Source: Methanobacteriota archaeon
GTDB taxonomy: Archaea > JAADCQ01 > Methanopyri > Methanopyrales > Methanopyraceae
Direction: 5' to 3'
Assembly (NCBI GenBank): GCA_027064425.1
Contig: JAMOPO010000027.1
Span: 1-64,000 of the forward strand
Length of the DNA: 64,000 bases
Positions 55,517-64,000 of this stretch are shown here, piece after piece. Below the pieces are notes generated by a model. It was given only the letters and a program-made list of their open reading frames with translations. It was not told the origin of the DNA and made no database searches. The translations under genes were made by a program, and so were the position numbers. Each line of letters begins with the position of its first letter. Position 1 is the stretch's first letter.

Positions 55517-57038
55517 GGTCCGGGTGCGCCGGTGCGACTGCGCGCGCGTGCTGGAGCTCGACGGCACGACCACCCCCGCCCCCTTCCTCCACCTACCCCG
55601 GCTCGAGTCGCTCTCCCGGCTGGAACCCGAGGCGGGGGAGCTGGCGACCGAGCTCCTCGAGCTGGCGGGGTCCGAGTGCGTCCGGCTTCGCCCCTCCCCG
55701 CCCGGGAACTGGGCCCCCAGTAGACCGGCTCGGGACGGTCCGATAGTCCATTACTCGTTGGAGCGCACGCCCGATCCGGAGGAGCTCGTCGGGCTCGTGC
55801 GCGAGGTCCGGGAGTCCGGGAGCGTCCGCGCGGTCACCGTTCTGGACCCGGAGTGGATCCCGCTGTTGTACTACCTGGGGTTCGACCTGTTCGACGCGCT
55901 CGTGTGCGTGCACCTCTCCCTGAGGGGCGAGGTTCTGCTGGAGGATTTCGCGACGGAGGAGCGCGAGGATGAGCCGTCGGAGCTTCTCCGGGAGAATTGG
56001 CACCGGTTCCAGGTCGCGCTGGAGCGGCTCGAGCGGCTGCTGCGATCGGGCGAGCTTCGCGAGTTCGTCGAGTCGGTGGCGGCCCGAAACCCGCGGGTCG
56101 CGGAGGTCTTGCGAGTGTGTGACCGGGAGCGGGCGCTCACGAGGCACGTGAACATGGCCCGGGACTCGGAGATCAGGTGTTCCACCGACCTCTCCTTCGA
56201 TCGACCCGAGGTCTCGGAGTGGGTGCGCAGGGTGACCCGGTACCGGCCCCCGGAGTGGGCCGAGGCGTTCGTCCTGCTCCCGTGCACGGCCCGGAAGCCG
56301 TACTCTCAATCCCCTATGCACCGACGCGTTTCCCGGATAACTAGGGAGTTTCCCGTGGACGAGCTGATCATCACGAGCCCGCTAGGGATCGTACCGAGGG
56401 CGCTCGAGCGCACCTTCCCGGCGGCGCACTACGACGTGAGGGTGACCGGGGAGTGGTCCGAGGAGGAGGTCGAGCGGGTGGCGAACCTCGTCGAGAGGAT
56501 CGTGCCGGAGTCCGCGGTGCTCGTGTGCCACGCGCACGGCGGGTATAGACTGGCGGGCGAGGAGCTGAGCGAGCGGGGGTTCGAGGTGGAGTTCACCTGC
56601 GACCGGGATGAGAACCCCGCGTCCCGGAGGGCCCTGGCCAGGCTGGAGGAGACGCTGGGGGAGCTGCTGGACCGGGACGGTGGGAACCTTTGGGATCACG
56701 TGCCCCGGGCGGTCTCAACGTTCCAGTTCGGCGTCGACGTGCTGGAGGGGGTCGAGTACCGGTTCGACGGGCAGCACGTGCGGTCGAGCGACGGTGAGCG
56801 GCTGCTCACCGTCCCACCCACGACCGGGCTCTTAGCCCTGTCGGAGCCCGGCGCGCGCGTCTGCCTACGGGCCGGCGTGGACCCCGTCCGGGTGGAAGAG
56901 GGAGATGTGGAGGTGCCGGAGGAGGCTCGCCCGGGCTTCCAGTGGCCGGCGGTGGTGGAGGGAGAAGTGAAGGTCTGCCGTCTGCTCGTTAGGCCCGAGG
57001 ATGTTCCGCCGGGAGCTCAGGTCATTGAGCTTAGGTGA
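55500..57038 (+). CDS. arcS: Archaeosine synthase ArcS (TgtA2-like)
   Basis: Degenerate TGT N-terminus; LLPCTARKPYS...ITSPLGIVPR...YD..VTGEW. Confidence 0.8.
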   Translation: MSSAPEVRVRRCDCARVLELDGTTTPAPFLHLPRLESLSRLEPEAGELATELLELAGSECVRLRPSPPGNWAPSRPARDGPIVHYSLERTPDPEELVGLVREVRESGSVRAVTVLDPEWIPLLYYLGFDLFDALVCVHLSLRGEVLLEDFATEEREDEPSELLRENWHRFQVALERLERLLRSGELREFVESVAARNPRVAEVLRVCDRERALTRHVNMARDSEIRCSTDLSFDRPEVSEWVRRVTRYRPPEWAEAFVLLPCTARKPYSQSPMHRRVSRITREFPVDELIITSPLGIVPRALERTFPAAHYDVRVTGEWSEEEVERVANLVERIVPESAVLVCHAHGGYRLAGEELSERGFEVEFTCDRDENPASRRALARLEETLGELLDRDGGNLWDHVPRAVSTFQFGVDVLEGVEYRFDGQHVRSSDGERLLTVPPTTGLLALSEPGARVCLRAGVDPVRVEEGDVEVPEEARPGFQWPAVVEGEVKVCRLLVRPEDVPPGAQVIELR

Positions 57039-57106
57039 AGCCCGAGTGGCGCTCGCGGAGAGAACGTTTATTATCTGAAAGTCCGATGAGTTACCGAGGG
57101 GCGGGA

Positions 57107-58570
57107 TTGGGCAAACCTGAGGTCACGATAGTGACGGAGGGAACCTACCCCATCACGCTGGGAGGAGTTACGACCTGGGTGCAGAGGCTGATCAAGTATT
57201 CGCCTGACGTGAAATTTAACGTCCTGTGTCTGGCCCCGCCGGACAGGAAGAAGCCCGCGGTGGACATTCCGGATAACGTGCGGAAGGTGGTCATCCGGGA
57301 GCTGGTCCCGCGCCGACTGAGCAAGTACAGATGGGTGGCCCGGATCCTGCCCGTTCACCGGATCAGGTGGCTGCTCGGTCGGAGGTTGGACCGTGCCCCT
57401 CGGGGCTACCGGGTCCTGGAGCGAACGTTTGAGCTGATGCTGGAGGGTGAGCCGCTCGAGGAGGAGATGCTGGAGCGGCTGTACCGGGTTTCGAAGGAGC
57501 CCGTGAGGGTTCTCGAGGGGCCCGTCATGTACGCGTTGACCGAGTTCGTGGAGGATCAGATGGGGGCGGACGAGCGGTTCAGCGACCTTTACTGGGCCGT
57601 GGTGAACGTGTGCTCGTTCGTTCTGGGGGCAGCCTCTGGCGCCCGGAGCATGCCCAGGTGTGATGTGGCGCACCCGCAGAACTGCGGGGTCTGTGGGTTC
57701 CTGTGCGCGGTCAAAAAGGTGGTAGAGGGCACCCCGTACATCATCACCGAGCACGGGATCCTGACTCGAGAGCTCGAGTCCAGGCTGGAGGGGATGGGCG
57801 AGGTCGCGCGGGAGCTGTACCGGCGCTGCTTCGAGTCGATGATCAGGACCTCGTACCAGTACTGCGACGAGATCCTGGCGATATCCGATTACCACCGGGA
57901 GCACTCCGTGAGACAGGGGGCGCCGGAGGACAGAATCGACGTGATCTACTCGGGGATAGAGACCTGGAAGTTCCCGCCACCATCGGACATGGAAAGGAAG
58001 TTTCGCGAGGCTGACCGGCTGCACGTGGGGACGGTCGCGCGGGTGGAACCCATCAAGGGCATCGACGTTTTCGTCCGCATGGCGGCCGAGGTCGTCGAGG
58101 AGGTAGGGCACGATAGGGTCCGATTTCACGTCGTCGGGCCCATAGACGACCAGGATCACTACGAGGAGTGCAAGGAGATATTGAGGCAGCATGAGCTGGA
58201 GCGGGTCGTAAAGTTCCACGGGCCGCAGCCTCCGGACGAGATCCTGAAGTTTTATCACAAGTTCCACGTGTTCGTGCTGTCGAGCCGGTCGGAGGGCCTG
58301 CCGATGGCCCTGCTGGAGGCGATGAGCGCCGGATGTCCCGTGGTGGCGTCCGAGGTGGGTGCTGTCCCGTACATCGTGACTGAGGAGATCGGTAGGACGT
58401 TCCCAGTGGAGGATCACGAGGCGGGGGCCAGGGCCCTCCTGGAGCTGCTTCGGGACCGAGAGATGCTTCTGGAGATGGCTCACGCGGCCACGAGGACGGC
58501 CGAGAAGTTCGACATCACCAGGATGTGTGAGGAGTACACCCGACGGTACTCCGACTACGCCCGATTCTGA
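57107..58570 (+). CDS. GT4 glycosyltransferase, PelF-like (DUF3492 + GT-B)
   Basis: TEGTYP...GGVTTW, TEHGI, RVEPIKG, SEGLPMALLEAM. Confidence 0.85.
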   Translation: MGKPEVTIVTEGTYPITLGGVTTWVQRLIKYSPDVKFNVLCLAPPDRKKPAVDIPDNVRKVVIRELVPRRLSKYRWVARILPVHRIRWLLGRRLDRAPRGYRVLERTFELMLEGEPLEEEMLERLYRVSKEPVRVLEGPVMYALTEFVEDQMGADERFSDLYWAVVNVCSFVLGAASGARSMPRCDVAHPQNCGVCGFLCAVKKVVEGTPYIITEHGILTRELESRLEGMGEVARELYRRCFESMIRTSYQYCDEILAISDYHREHSVRQGAPEDRIDVIYSGIETWKFPPPSDMERKFREADRLHVGTVARVEPIKGIDVFVRMAAEVVEEVGHDRVRFHVVGPIDDQDHYEECKEILRQHELERVVKFHGPQPPDEILKFYHKFHVFVLSSRSEGLPMALLEAMSAGCPVVASEVGAVPYIVTEEIGRTFPVEDHEAGARALLELLRDREMLLEMAHAATRTAEKFDITRMCEEYTRRYSDYARF

Positions 58571-58584
58571 CTGGGTGAACGTTA

Positions 58585-60096
58585 ATGGGGTTCATCTCCG
58601 AGGCCGTCTCCGAGGCGCTGCGAGGTCTCAAGCGCGGACCCAGCGTGCGGTCGGCGGTCCGGTCGGCGCTGCTGCTGTCGCCCGTCTGGAGCGTGATCGC
58701 GCTCACGGCGGTGATCCAGTCGGCGTCGCTGGAGAGGGTGTCCGAGCTGAGCTTCGGCCTGATCGCGGGAGTCCTCGCGTCGGCGCCGTTCCAGACGCTG
58801 GGGTCCAGAGTGGTTTCGGACGCCCGGTACCTGGGCGTTCTGTCGCCCTTTTTGGGCACGGTGGTCCTGACGACGCTCGCGTACCCGCCCGCCGCCTACC
58901 TCCTCGGCAAGCATCTGGCGCTAATTTTCAGGGTGAAGTTCTCCGAGGACGTCGCCCTGACGACCGAGCTCACGGGGGCCGCGTACACCCTAAGCTGCAT
59001 GGTCGTGGCCAGCTGGGGGGAGCATCAATGGCGGGCCGTCCTCCAGATCGTGCTGGCCTGGGCGCTGTTCTCGGTACTCTTCTCGGCGCTCTTTCTGGTC
59101 ACGTTCGACGTCGTGCGGGCCCTCCTCGTCTCGGCCTCGGTCCTCATCGCTACGCTCTCGGCGTGCCTGTTACTCAACGTCCTGGAGCACGTGGAAGACC
59201 GTCCAAAGCTGACGGCCCGGTACGTGTTCGGGAGCGTGATCGTGGCCGCAGCCGCCGCGCTGGACTACGCGATGACCGCGGTGTCATCCGCGATGTACTA
59301 CGCCATGGTCTTCTTCGACAAGGCGCTCGTGTGGTGGGAGCGCGGCTTCCCCTGCCCACCCCTGGACACGCCAGCCTTCGTGGGGATGATCCCCCTCCTA
59401 GCGGGCACGTTCGCGGCCGGCTTCTTCTGGACGAGCGCGGGGGACGATCTCGATCGAGTGTATGACGCGAGGCGGGAGGAGATGGCCCGCATTCAACGCA
59501 GGGTGTTCCTGCAGTTCCTCCAGGGGATGGGGGCGTCCCTGGCCCTGGCCGGGGTGCTCCTGCTTCTCTTGGTCCTGCTGGTAGGATCCGAGTTCAGGTG
59601 CTGGATTCTCCGGTACGTGGTGCCCCTGCTCGGTCCCGCGCTGGGCGTGCTGTCCGCCCACCTGATCGGTGGAGGGAGGACCAGCATCAAAGCGCTGCTA
59701 CCCTTGTGTATGTCCGCCCTCTCCCTGCTAACCTGGCTGAAGCCGCGGCCGGCCAGCATCAGCGCGGACCTGACGCTGATCTACGCGCTCGGCAGCGTCC
59801 CGGGAGCGCTGGTAGTCTACATATACCCCCAACTGGTCGCACTCCGGAGGGAGATCGAGGCCACGGCGGCGCTGGCCCTGATTCCGACGGCCGAAGCGCT
59901 CGCCTGGCGCTGGTGGGGAGTTGAGTGGGTAGCGCTGGGATACCTGGCCGGGACCGCCGCGTCGGCGGCCGTTCACGCGCTGGTCGCCGCCAGGATGTGG
60001 CGGGACCTGCGCGCAGAGATCTGCCGGGTGCTCTCGTACAACAACTTCGTCTCGTACGTCATAGAGATCCCGAGGTACGGGGGTGAGAGGCTCTGA
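58585..60096 (+). CDS. Polytopic polysaccharide exporter, PelG-like
   Basis: Many TM helices; FQ..GSRVVSD, FFDKALVW, D.PAF motifs; adjacent to PelF-like gene. Confidence 0.6.
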   Translation: MGFISEAVSEALRGLKRGPSVRSAVRSALLLSPVWSVIALTAVIQSASLERVSELSFGLIAGVLASAPFQTLGSRVVSDARYLGVLSPFLGTVVLTTLAYPPAAYLLGKHLALIFRVKFSEDVALTTELTGAAYTLSCMVVASWGEHQWRAVLQIVLAWALFSVLFSALFLVTFDVVRALLVSASVLIATLSACLLLNVLEHVEDRPKLTARYVFGSVIVAAAAALDYAMTAVSSAMYYAMVFFDKALVWWERGFPCPPLDTPAFVGMIPLLAGTFAAGFFWTSAGDDLDRVYDARREEMARIQRRVFLQFLQGMGASLALAGVLLLLLVLLVGSEFRCWILRYVVPLLGPALGVLSAHLIGGGRTSIKALLPLCMSALSLLTWLKPRPASISADLTLIYALGSVPGALVVYIYPQLVALRREIEATAALALIPTAEALAWRWWGVEWVALGYLAGTAASAAVHALVAARMWRDLRAEICRVLSYNNFVSYVIEIPRYGGERL

Positions 60097-61367
60097 CCGC
60101 CAGGGTCAACGTCGAGGTCTACGGGTGCGCGGCGAACCGGGACGACGGCAGGCTGGTGAAGGCTCTGCTCCGCCGGGCGGGGTTCGAGATCGTCGGCTCC
60201 GAGGACGAGGCCGACGCCACGGTCCTGCTCACCTGCATCGTCCGGGACAGCGTGGACGCGCGGATGGTCAACCGGATGGTGGAGCTGGAGGGTCACCCGA
60301 CGGTGGTAGCGGGCTGCTTCCCGGAGGCCTACCCGGATCGGGTCCGGAAGCTTCGGCCTGACGCCTCCCTCGTCGGCCCTCGCCACCTGGACCGGATCGT
60401 GGAGGCCGTTCGGGCGGTGCTGGAGGGGTCCAGGGTGGAGTTCATCGGCGACCGGGAGGATCTGGATTGGAAGGCCGACGCGCCCAGGGTTCTCCCCGGC
60501 CTGAGCGCTATTGTACCCATCTGCGAGGGGTGCCCGAACCGGTGCGCCTACTGCGCCGTTAAGCTCGCCCGCGGCGACCTGCGCAGCTTCTCGCCGGAGC
60601 GCATCCTGCGGCGGGTGGAGCGGGAGCTGGAGCGGGGCGCGGTTGAGATCCACCTCACGGCCCAGGACACGGCCGCGTACGGTCAGGACCTCGGCGTGGA
60701 CCTGATCGACCTGCTGGAGGACGTGGTCGAGTTGTGCTCGCGGTACGGGGCCCGGGTGCGGCTGGGCATGTTTAACCCTGGCAGCGCGTACCCGATCGCG
60801 GACGAGCTGGCCGACCTGTTCGCCACATGGGATGACGTGCTCTACCGATCCGTGCACATGCCGGTGCAGAGCGGCGACGACGAGGTGCTGCGGCGCATGA
60901 ACCGTAACTACACCGTCGAGGAGGCGCTGGAGATCTACCGGGCCTTCGAGCGGCGGCTCGGGTACTTCGCGTTCATCACGGACGTGATCGTGGGGTTCCC
61001 CGGGGAGACGGAGGAGGCATTCCGTAACACGCTGGAGTTCCTGGAGCGGACCAGGCCTCACATCCTGCACGCCTCCCGGTTCTGCAGGCGCCCCCGCACG
61101 CCGGCCGCCGAGATGGAGGACCAGGTCCCGGAGGAGGTCAAGCTCCGGCGGAGCCGCGTCCTGCACAGGAAGCGGTTGGAGTGGGCGCGCGAGGCCAACC
61201 GGGAGCTGGTCGGTAGGAGGGTTGAGGTAACGGTGCTGGGCGAGGGGTGGGGTCGTGACGAGCACGCCAAGAAGTCGGTGTTCCGGGGCGACGAGCCCGA
61301 GCCGGGCGAGCGGGTGCGGTGTCGGGTCGTGGACGCGTGTCACTCGAGGCTGGTGGTGACGACTTAA
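60093..61367 (+). CDS. mtaB: tRNA t6A37 methylthiotransferase (MtaB/CDKAL1, MiaB family); probable CTG start
   Basis: YGCAAN, TCIV, AGC, EGCPNRCAYC, QSGDD, VGFPGET, C-terminal TRAM domain. Confidence 0.9.
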   Translation: MTARVNVEVYGCAANRDDGRLVKALLRRAGFEIVGSEDEADATVLLTCIVRDSVDARMVNRMVELEGHPTVVAGCFPEAYPDRVRKLRPDASLVGPRHLDRIVEAVRAVLEGSRVEFIGDREDLDWKADAPRVLPGLSAIVPICEGCPNRCAYCAVKLARGDLRSFSPERILRRVERELERGAVEIHLTAQDTAAYGQDLGVDLIDLLEDVVELCSRYGARVRLGMFNPGSAYPIADELADLFATWDDVLYRSVHMPVQSGDDEVLRRMNRNYTVEEALEIYRAFERRLGYFAFITDVIVGFPGETEEAFRNTLEFLERTRPHILHASRFCRRPRTPAAEMEDQVPEEVKLRRSRVLHRKRLEWAREANRELVGRRVEVTVLGEGWGRDEHAKKSVFRGDEPEPGERVRCRVVDACHSRLVVTT

Positions 61368-61375
61368 GCGTCGGG

Positions 61376-61435
61376 GCGGTCGGAGAGTACAGCCCTCGTC
61401 ACCAGGTCTCTGCCACGAGCCGGTCGTCATCCCGC
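61376..61435 (-). ncRNA. C/D-box sRNA
   Basis: GCGG-G-ATGACGA-CCGGCTCGTGG-CAGA-..-GTGACGA-GGGCTGTACTCT-CCGA-CCGC. Confidence 0.8.
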
Positions 61436-61449
61436 GGGGGGTGACCCGA

Positions 61450-61614
61450 ATGTTTCCGATCCTAATAGTGCTGGCGGTCCTGCTCCTGGGGCTGATAGCC
61501 TGTCTGCTCGTGATCGGCGCGATGGTGCTCTTAGGGGTGCGACCGTCCAGGCTACTGAGGCGGCTGGCGGACGTGTTGGAGCGGCTAGAGGAGCGCCTCA
61601 CGTCGGAGAGCTAG
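61450..61614 (+). CDS. Small single-pass membrane protein (54 aa; absent from ORF track)
   Basis: GGGGTGA RBS; MFPILIVLAVLLLGLIACLLVIGAMVLLG + amphipathic tail. Confidence 0.65.
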   Translation: MFPILIVLAVLLLGLIACLLVIGAMVLLGVRPSRLLRRLADVLERLEERLTSES

Positions 61615-62294
61615 AGGCGCACGGCGACCAGCGCGCGCTCCCCTCCACCCCCCTTCAGCGACCGCACCAGTGACCCCACCACGTTTCGAACGAGCCGCGC
61701 GACGAAGGGGTTGAGGTGCAGCGGCCGGTCGTCGACGAGGACCGCGGCGTTCTCCGGCACCCGACAGTCGTCCGGTGACACCTCCCCGCGCGCCACCGCC
61801 CGCCAGAACGCCCGGCAGGAATCGTACCCACACCGCCCGCAGTCGGCCTCAGCCGTGTACTTGACCGCGTACTTGCGGACAATCTCGCCCGGCGACTCCC
61901 CCTCGAGCGGCACGGTCGGCCCTCGCCCGTCCCTCCCCAGATCCACCCTCGTCCCGACCTCGCGCGACCGGAATCCCTCGACCAGCGCGTAGTCCACGCC
62001 CACCAGGGCGAGGAGCGCCAGCGCCCCGTCGAGGTCCAGGTCTAGGAACGCGACCGTCTCCTCCTCCGCCACGCCGACCCTCACGTCCGCGGGCACGCGG
62101 CCCGTATCCCGGCTCTTCAGGTCCAGCCGGCGCTCCCCGACGGACTTCACGTAGCCCACCCGGTAACCCTCCTCGGTCAGCTCCTCGGCCGCCTCCGCGC
62201 AGAACTCGGTCTTGCCCGAACCCTTGGGTCCCACCACCTGAAGGACCCGCACGTTCGGTCCCCCTAACCTTATCAGGGACCGCGGGAGGGTCAC
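61611..62294 (-). CDS. mobB: MobB-family P-loop protein with Fe-S domain
   Basis: GPKGSGKT, LVEGF, DCGRCGYDSC...C, LNPFV. Confidence 0.85.
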   Translation of the reverse strand: MTLPRSLIRLGGPNVRVLQVVGPKGSGKTEFCAEAAEELTEEGYRVGYVKSVGERRLDLKSRDTGRVPADVRVGVAEEETVAFLDLDLDGALALLALVGVDYALVEGFRSREVGTRVDLGRDGRGPTVPLEGESPGEIVRKYAVKYTAEADCGRCGYDSCRAFWRAVARGEVSPDDCRVPENAAVLVDDRPLHLNPFVARLVRNVVGSLVRSLKGGGGERALVAVRL

Positions 62295-62311
62295 GCGGTC
62301 GGGGGCGCGGA

Positions 62312-62959
62312 TTGTACAAGGTGACCGTGGTGGTCTCGGACGAGCCTCCGCTGGAGGAGGGTCTGAAGTCCGGACCCGGATTCGCGGCGCTGGTCGAGGG
62401 AAGGAGAACGGTGCTCTTCGACACCGGTCCCAGCCCGGACCTGCTGGAGCATAACCTCAAGGAGCTGGGGTACGAGCCGGACGACATCGACTTCGTCGTG
62501 GTGTCTCACAACCACTGGGACCACACGGGAGGGTTGGAGGCCGTCGCCTCCTCGGCCCTGAAAGTGGTCACCCCGGAGGAGCTGGGCGCGCCGAACGAGA
62601 TGGTTCGGGAGGAGTGGCTCGGCATCGACGACATCGTGCTGACCGACGTGCTCGAGGGACCGCCCCGGGAGCGGGCGCTCTTCATCAGCGGCCTCCTGGT
62701 GACCGGGTGCGCCCACCCCGGCATCGACAAGTTCGCGGAGTGGTGCGACCGGCGCGGGTTCAAGGTGACCGCCGTCCTCGGCGGGTTCCATCTGTCGGGC
62801 GCGTCGAAGCGGGAGGTCGAGCGCATCGCCGATCGGTTGGAGGAGCTCGGGGTGGAGATCGCGGGACCGTGCCACTGCTCGGGCGAGGTCGCGAAGGAAG
62901 TGTTCAAGGAGCGGTTCGAGTTCATCGACGTGGGCCCGGGACTCGAGGTGAAGATCTAG
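62312..62959 (+). CDS. Metallo-beta-lactamase-fold hydrolase (COG1237-like)
   Basis: LFDTG, SHNHWDHTGG, GCAHPG, GGFHL, PCHCSG. Confidence 0.88.
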   Translation: MYKVTVVVSDEPPLEEGLKSGPGFAALVEGRRTVLFDTGPSPDLLEHNLKELGYEPDDIDFVVVSHNHWDHTGGLEAVASSALKVVTPEELGAPNEMVREEWLGIDDIVLTDVLEGPPRERALFISGLLVTGCAHPGIDKFAEWCDRRGFKVTAVLGGFHLSGASKREVERIADRLEELGVEIAGPCHCSGEVAKEVFKERFEFIDVGPGLEVKI

Positions 62960-63029
62960 CCGCGCCCGGCGCCGCGACGCCCGGGGAGGCGCCCGGGATG
63001 GTGAGGGACGACCGGGGGCCGGCGCCGGG

Positions 63030-64000
63030 TCACGGATGGTACCCGAACTCTTCCAGTCCCGCCGCTTCCTCGAACCCCATCCGGATGTTCATGTTCTGGA
63101 TAGCCTGACCGGAGGCTCCCTTGGTCAGGTTGTCGATGGCCGAGGCCACGACGATGCGGCCGTCACCCACGGCGAAGACGCCGATGTCGCAGTAGTTGGT
63201 GCCCCGCACCGCCCACAGCCGCGGCGCCTCACCGACCTCGCACAGGCGGATGAACGGCTCATCCTCGTAGTAATCCTCGTAGAGCTCCCGGAGCTCTTGG
63301 GGCTCGATCTCCGCGTCGCCGAGGCAGTGGGCGGTCGTCTCGATGCCGCGGACGAGCGGTGCCAGGTGCGGGGTGAAGTGCACCTCCGCGTCGCCCAGCT
63401 TGCTCAGCTCCTGCCGGATCTCGGGCAGGTGCCGGTGGTCCGTGGGGTTGTACGGGGTGAGGTCCTCCGCGCACTCCGGGTGGTGGGTCGTCTGGGAGGG
63501 CTTGACACCGGCGCCCGAGGTCCCGCTCTTGGAGTCGAAGATGATCACGTCGGCCAGGCCCTCCTCCACGATCGGGGCGGCGGCGAGGATCGCTCCGGTG
63601 GGGTAGCACCCGGGGTTGGCGATGAGATCGGCCTTCCGTATCTCGTCCCGGTGCAGCTCGGGCAGCCCGTACACGGCCTTGTCGTTGAGCTCCGGGGCCT
63701 TGTGTTCGACGCCGTACCAGCGCTCGTACTCCTCGACGTCGTCGAACCGGAAGTCGGCGCTGAGGTCGATCACGACGGCCCCACCGTCGAGCAGCTCGGG
63801 CACGATCTCCATGGCCGCGGTGTGTGGCACGGCCGTGAACACGACGTCGCACTCCTCACCGACCTCCGCCGGGTCTGGGTCCGTGAACCGGAGGTCGGGG
63901 TACTCGTCGCGGAGGTTAGGGTGCACCTTCCAGACGGGTTCTCCCTCCATCTTGCGGGAGGTCGCGTACCGGACCTCCTCAACCTCGGGGTGCCGGGCGA
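63030..64000 (-). CDS. argC: N-acetyl-gamma-glutamyl-phosphate reductase; 5' truncated by window
   Basis: IDLSADFR, YGLPEL, ANPGCYPT, SGTSGAG, DNLTKGASGQA. Confidence 0.96.
   Translation of the reverse strand, partial: ARHPEVEEVRYATSRKMEGEPVWKVHPNLRDEYPDLRFTDPDPAEVGEECDVVFTAVPHTAAMEIVPELLDGGAVVIDLSADFRFDDVEEYERWYGVEHKAPELNDKAVYGLPELHRDEIRKADLIANPGCYPTGAILAAAPIVEEGLADVIIFDSKSGTSGAGVKPSQTTHHPECAEDLTPYNPTDHRHLPEIRQELSKLGDAEVHFTPHLAPLVRGIETTAHCLGDAEIEPQELRELYEDYYEDEPFIRLCEVGEAPRLWAVRGTNYCDIGVFAVGDGRIVVASAIDNLTKGASGQAIQNMNIRMGFEEAAGLEEFGYHP

Overview
GC-rich, gene-dense archaeal DNA, almost certainly from Methanopyrus (M. kandleri-like). The evidence is methanogen marker genes, very acidic proteins, and four tRNA genes that all carry C at position 8. 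It is mostly core genome. It holds a ribosome recycling/quality-control cluster (ABCE1, CBS+HPF-like, Rqc2/NEMF); a long minus-strand run (LpxC-like, Clp1-like, marker 12, pheA, porGDAB, ferredoxin, fumarase alpha/beta, purO); nadA; an SF1 helicase; a DUF2162-ExbB-DUF2149 module; and an METTL5-DHH-csl4-rpoL cluster. It also contains taw1, alba, hydantoinase-like genes, larC/larE-like genes, a degenerate MCM, cell-surface proteins, purB, arcS, PelF/PelG-like genes, mtaB, mobB and argC. tRNAs are Trp (with intron), Cys, Ala and Ile, and there are several C/D-box guide RNA candidates. The most notable unexplained signal is a 19-bp palindrome (CGTTNYGA-N3-TCRNAACG) seen 7 times. It sits right after every tRNA CCA end and after the large surface-protein gene, and it brackets an unannotated rod-like structured RNA candidate. 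No mobile elements or CRISPR arrays were seen. All family assignments are by-eye motif recognition; no searches were run.
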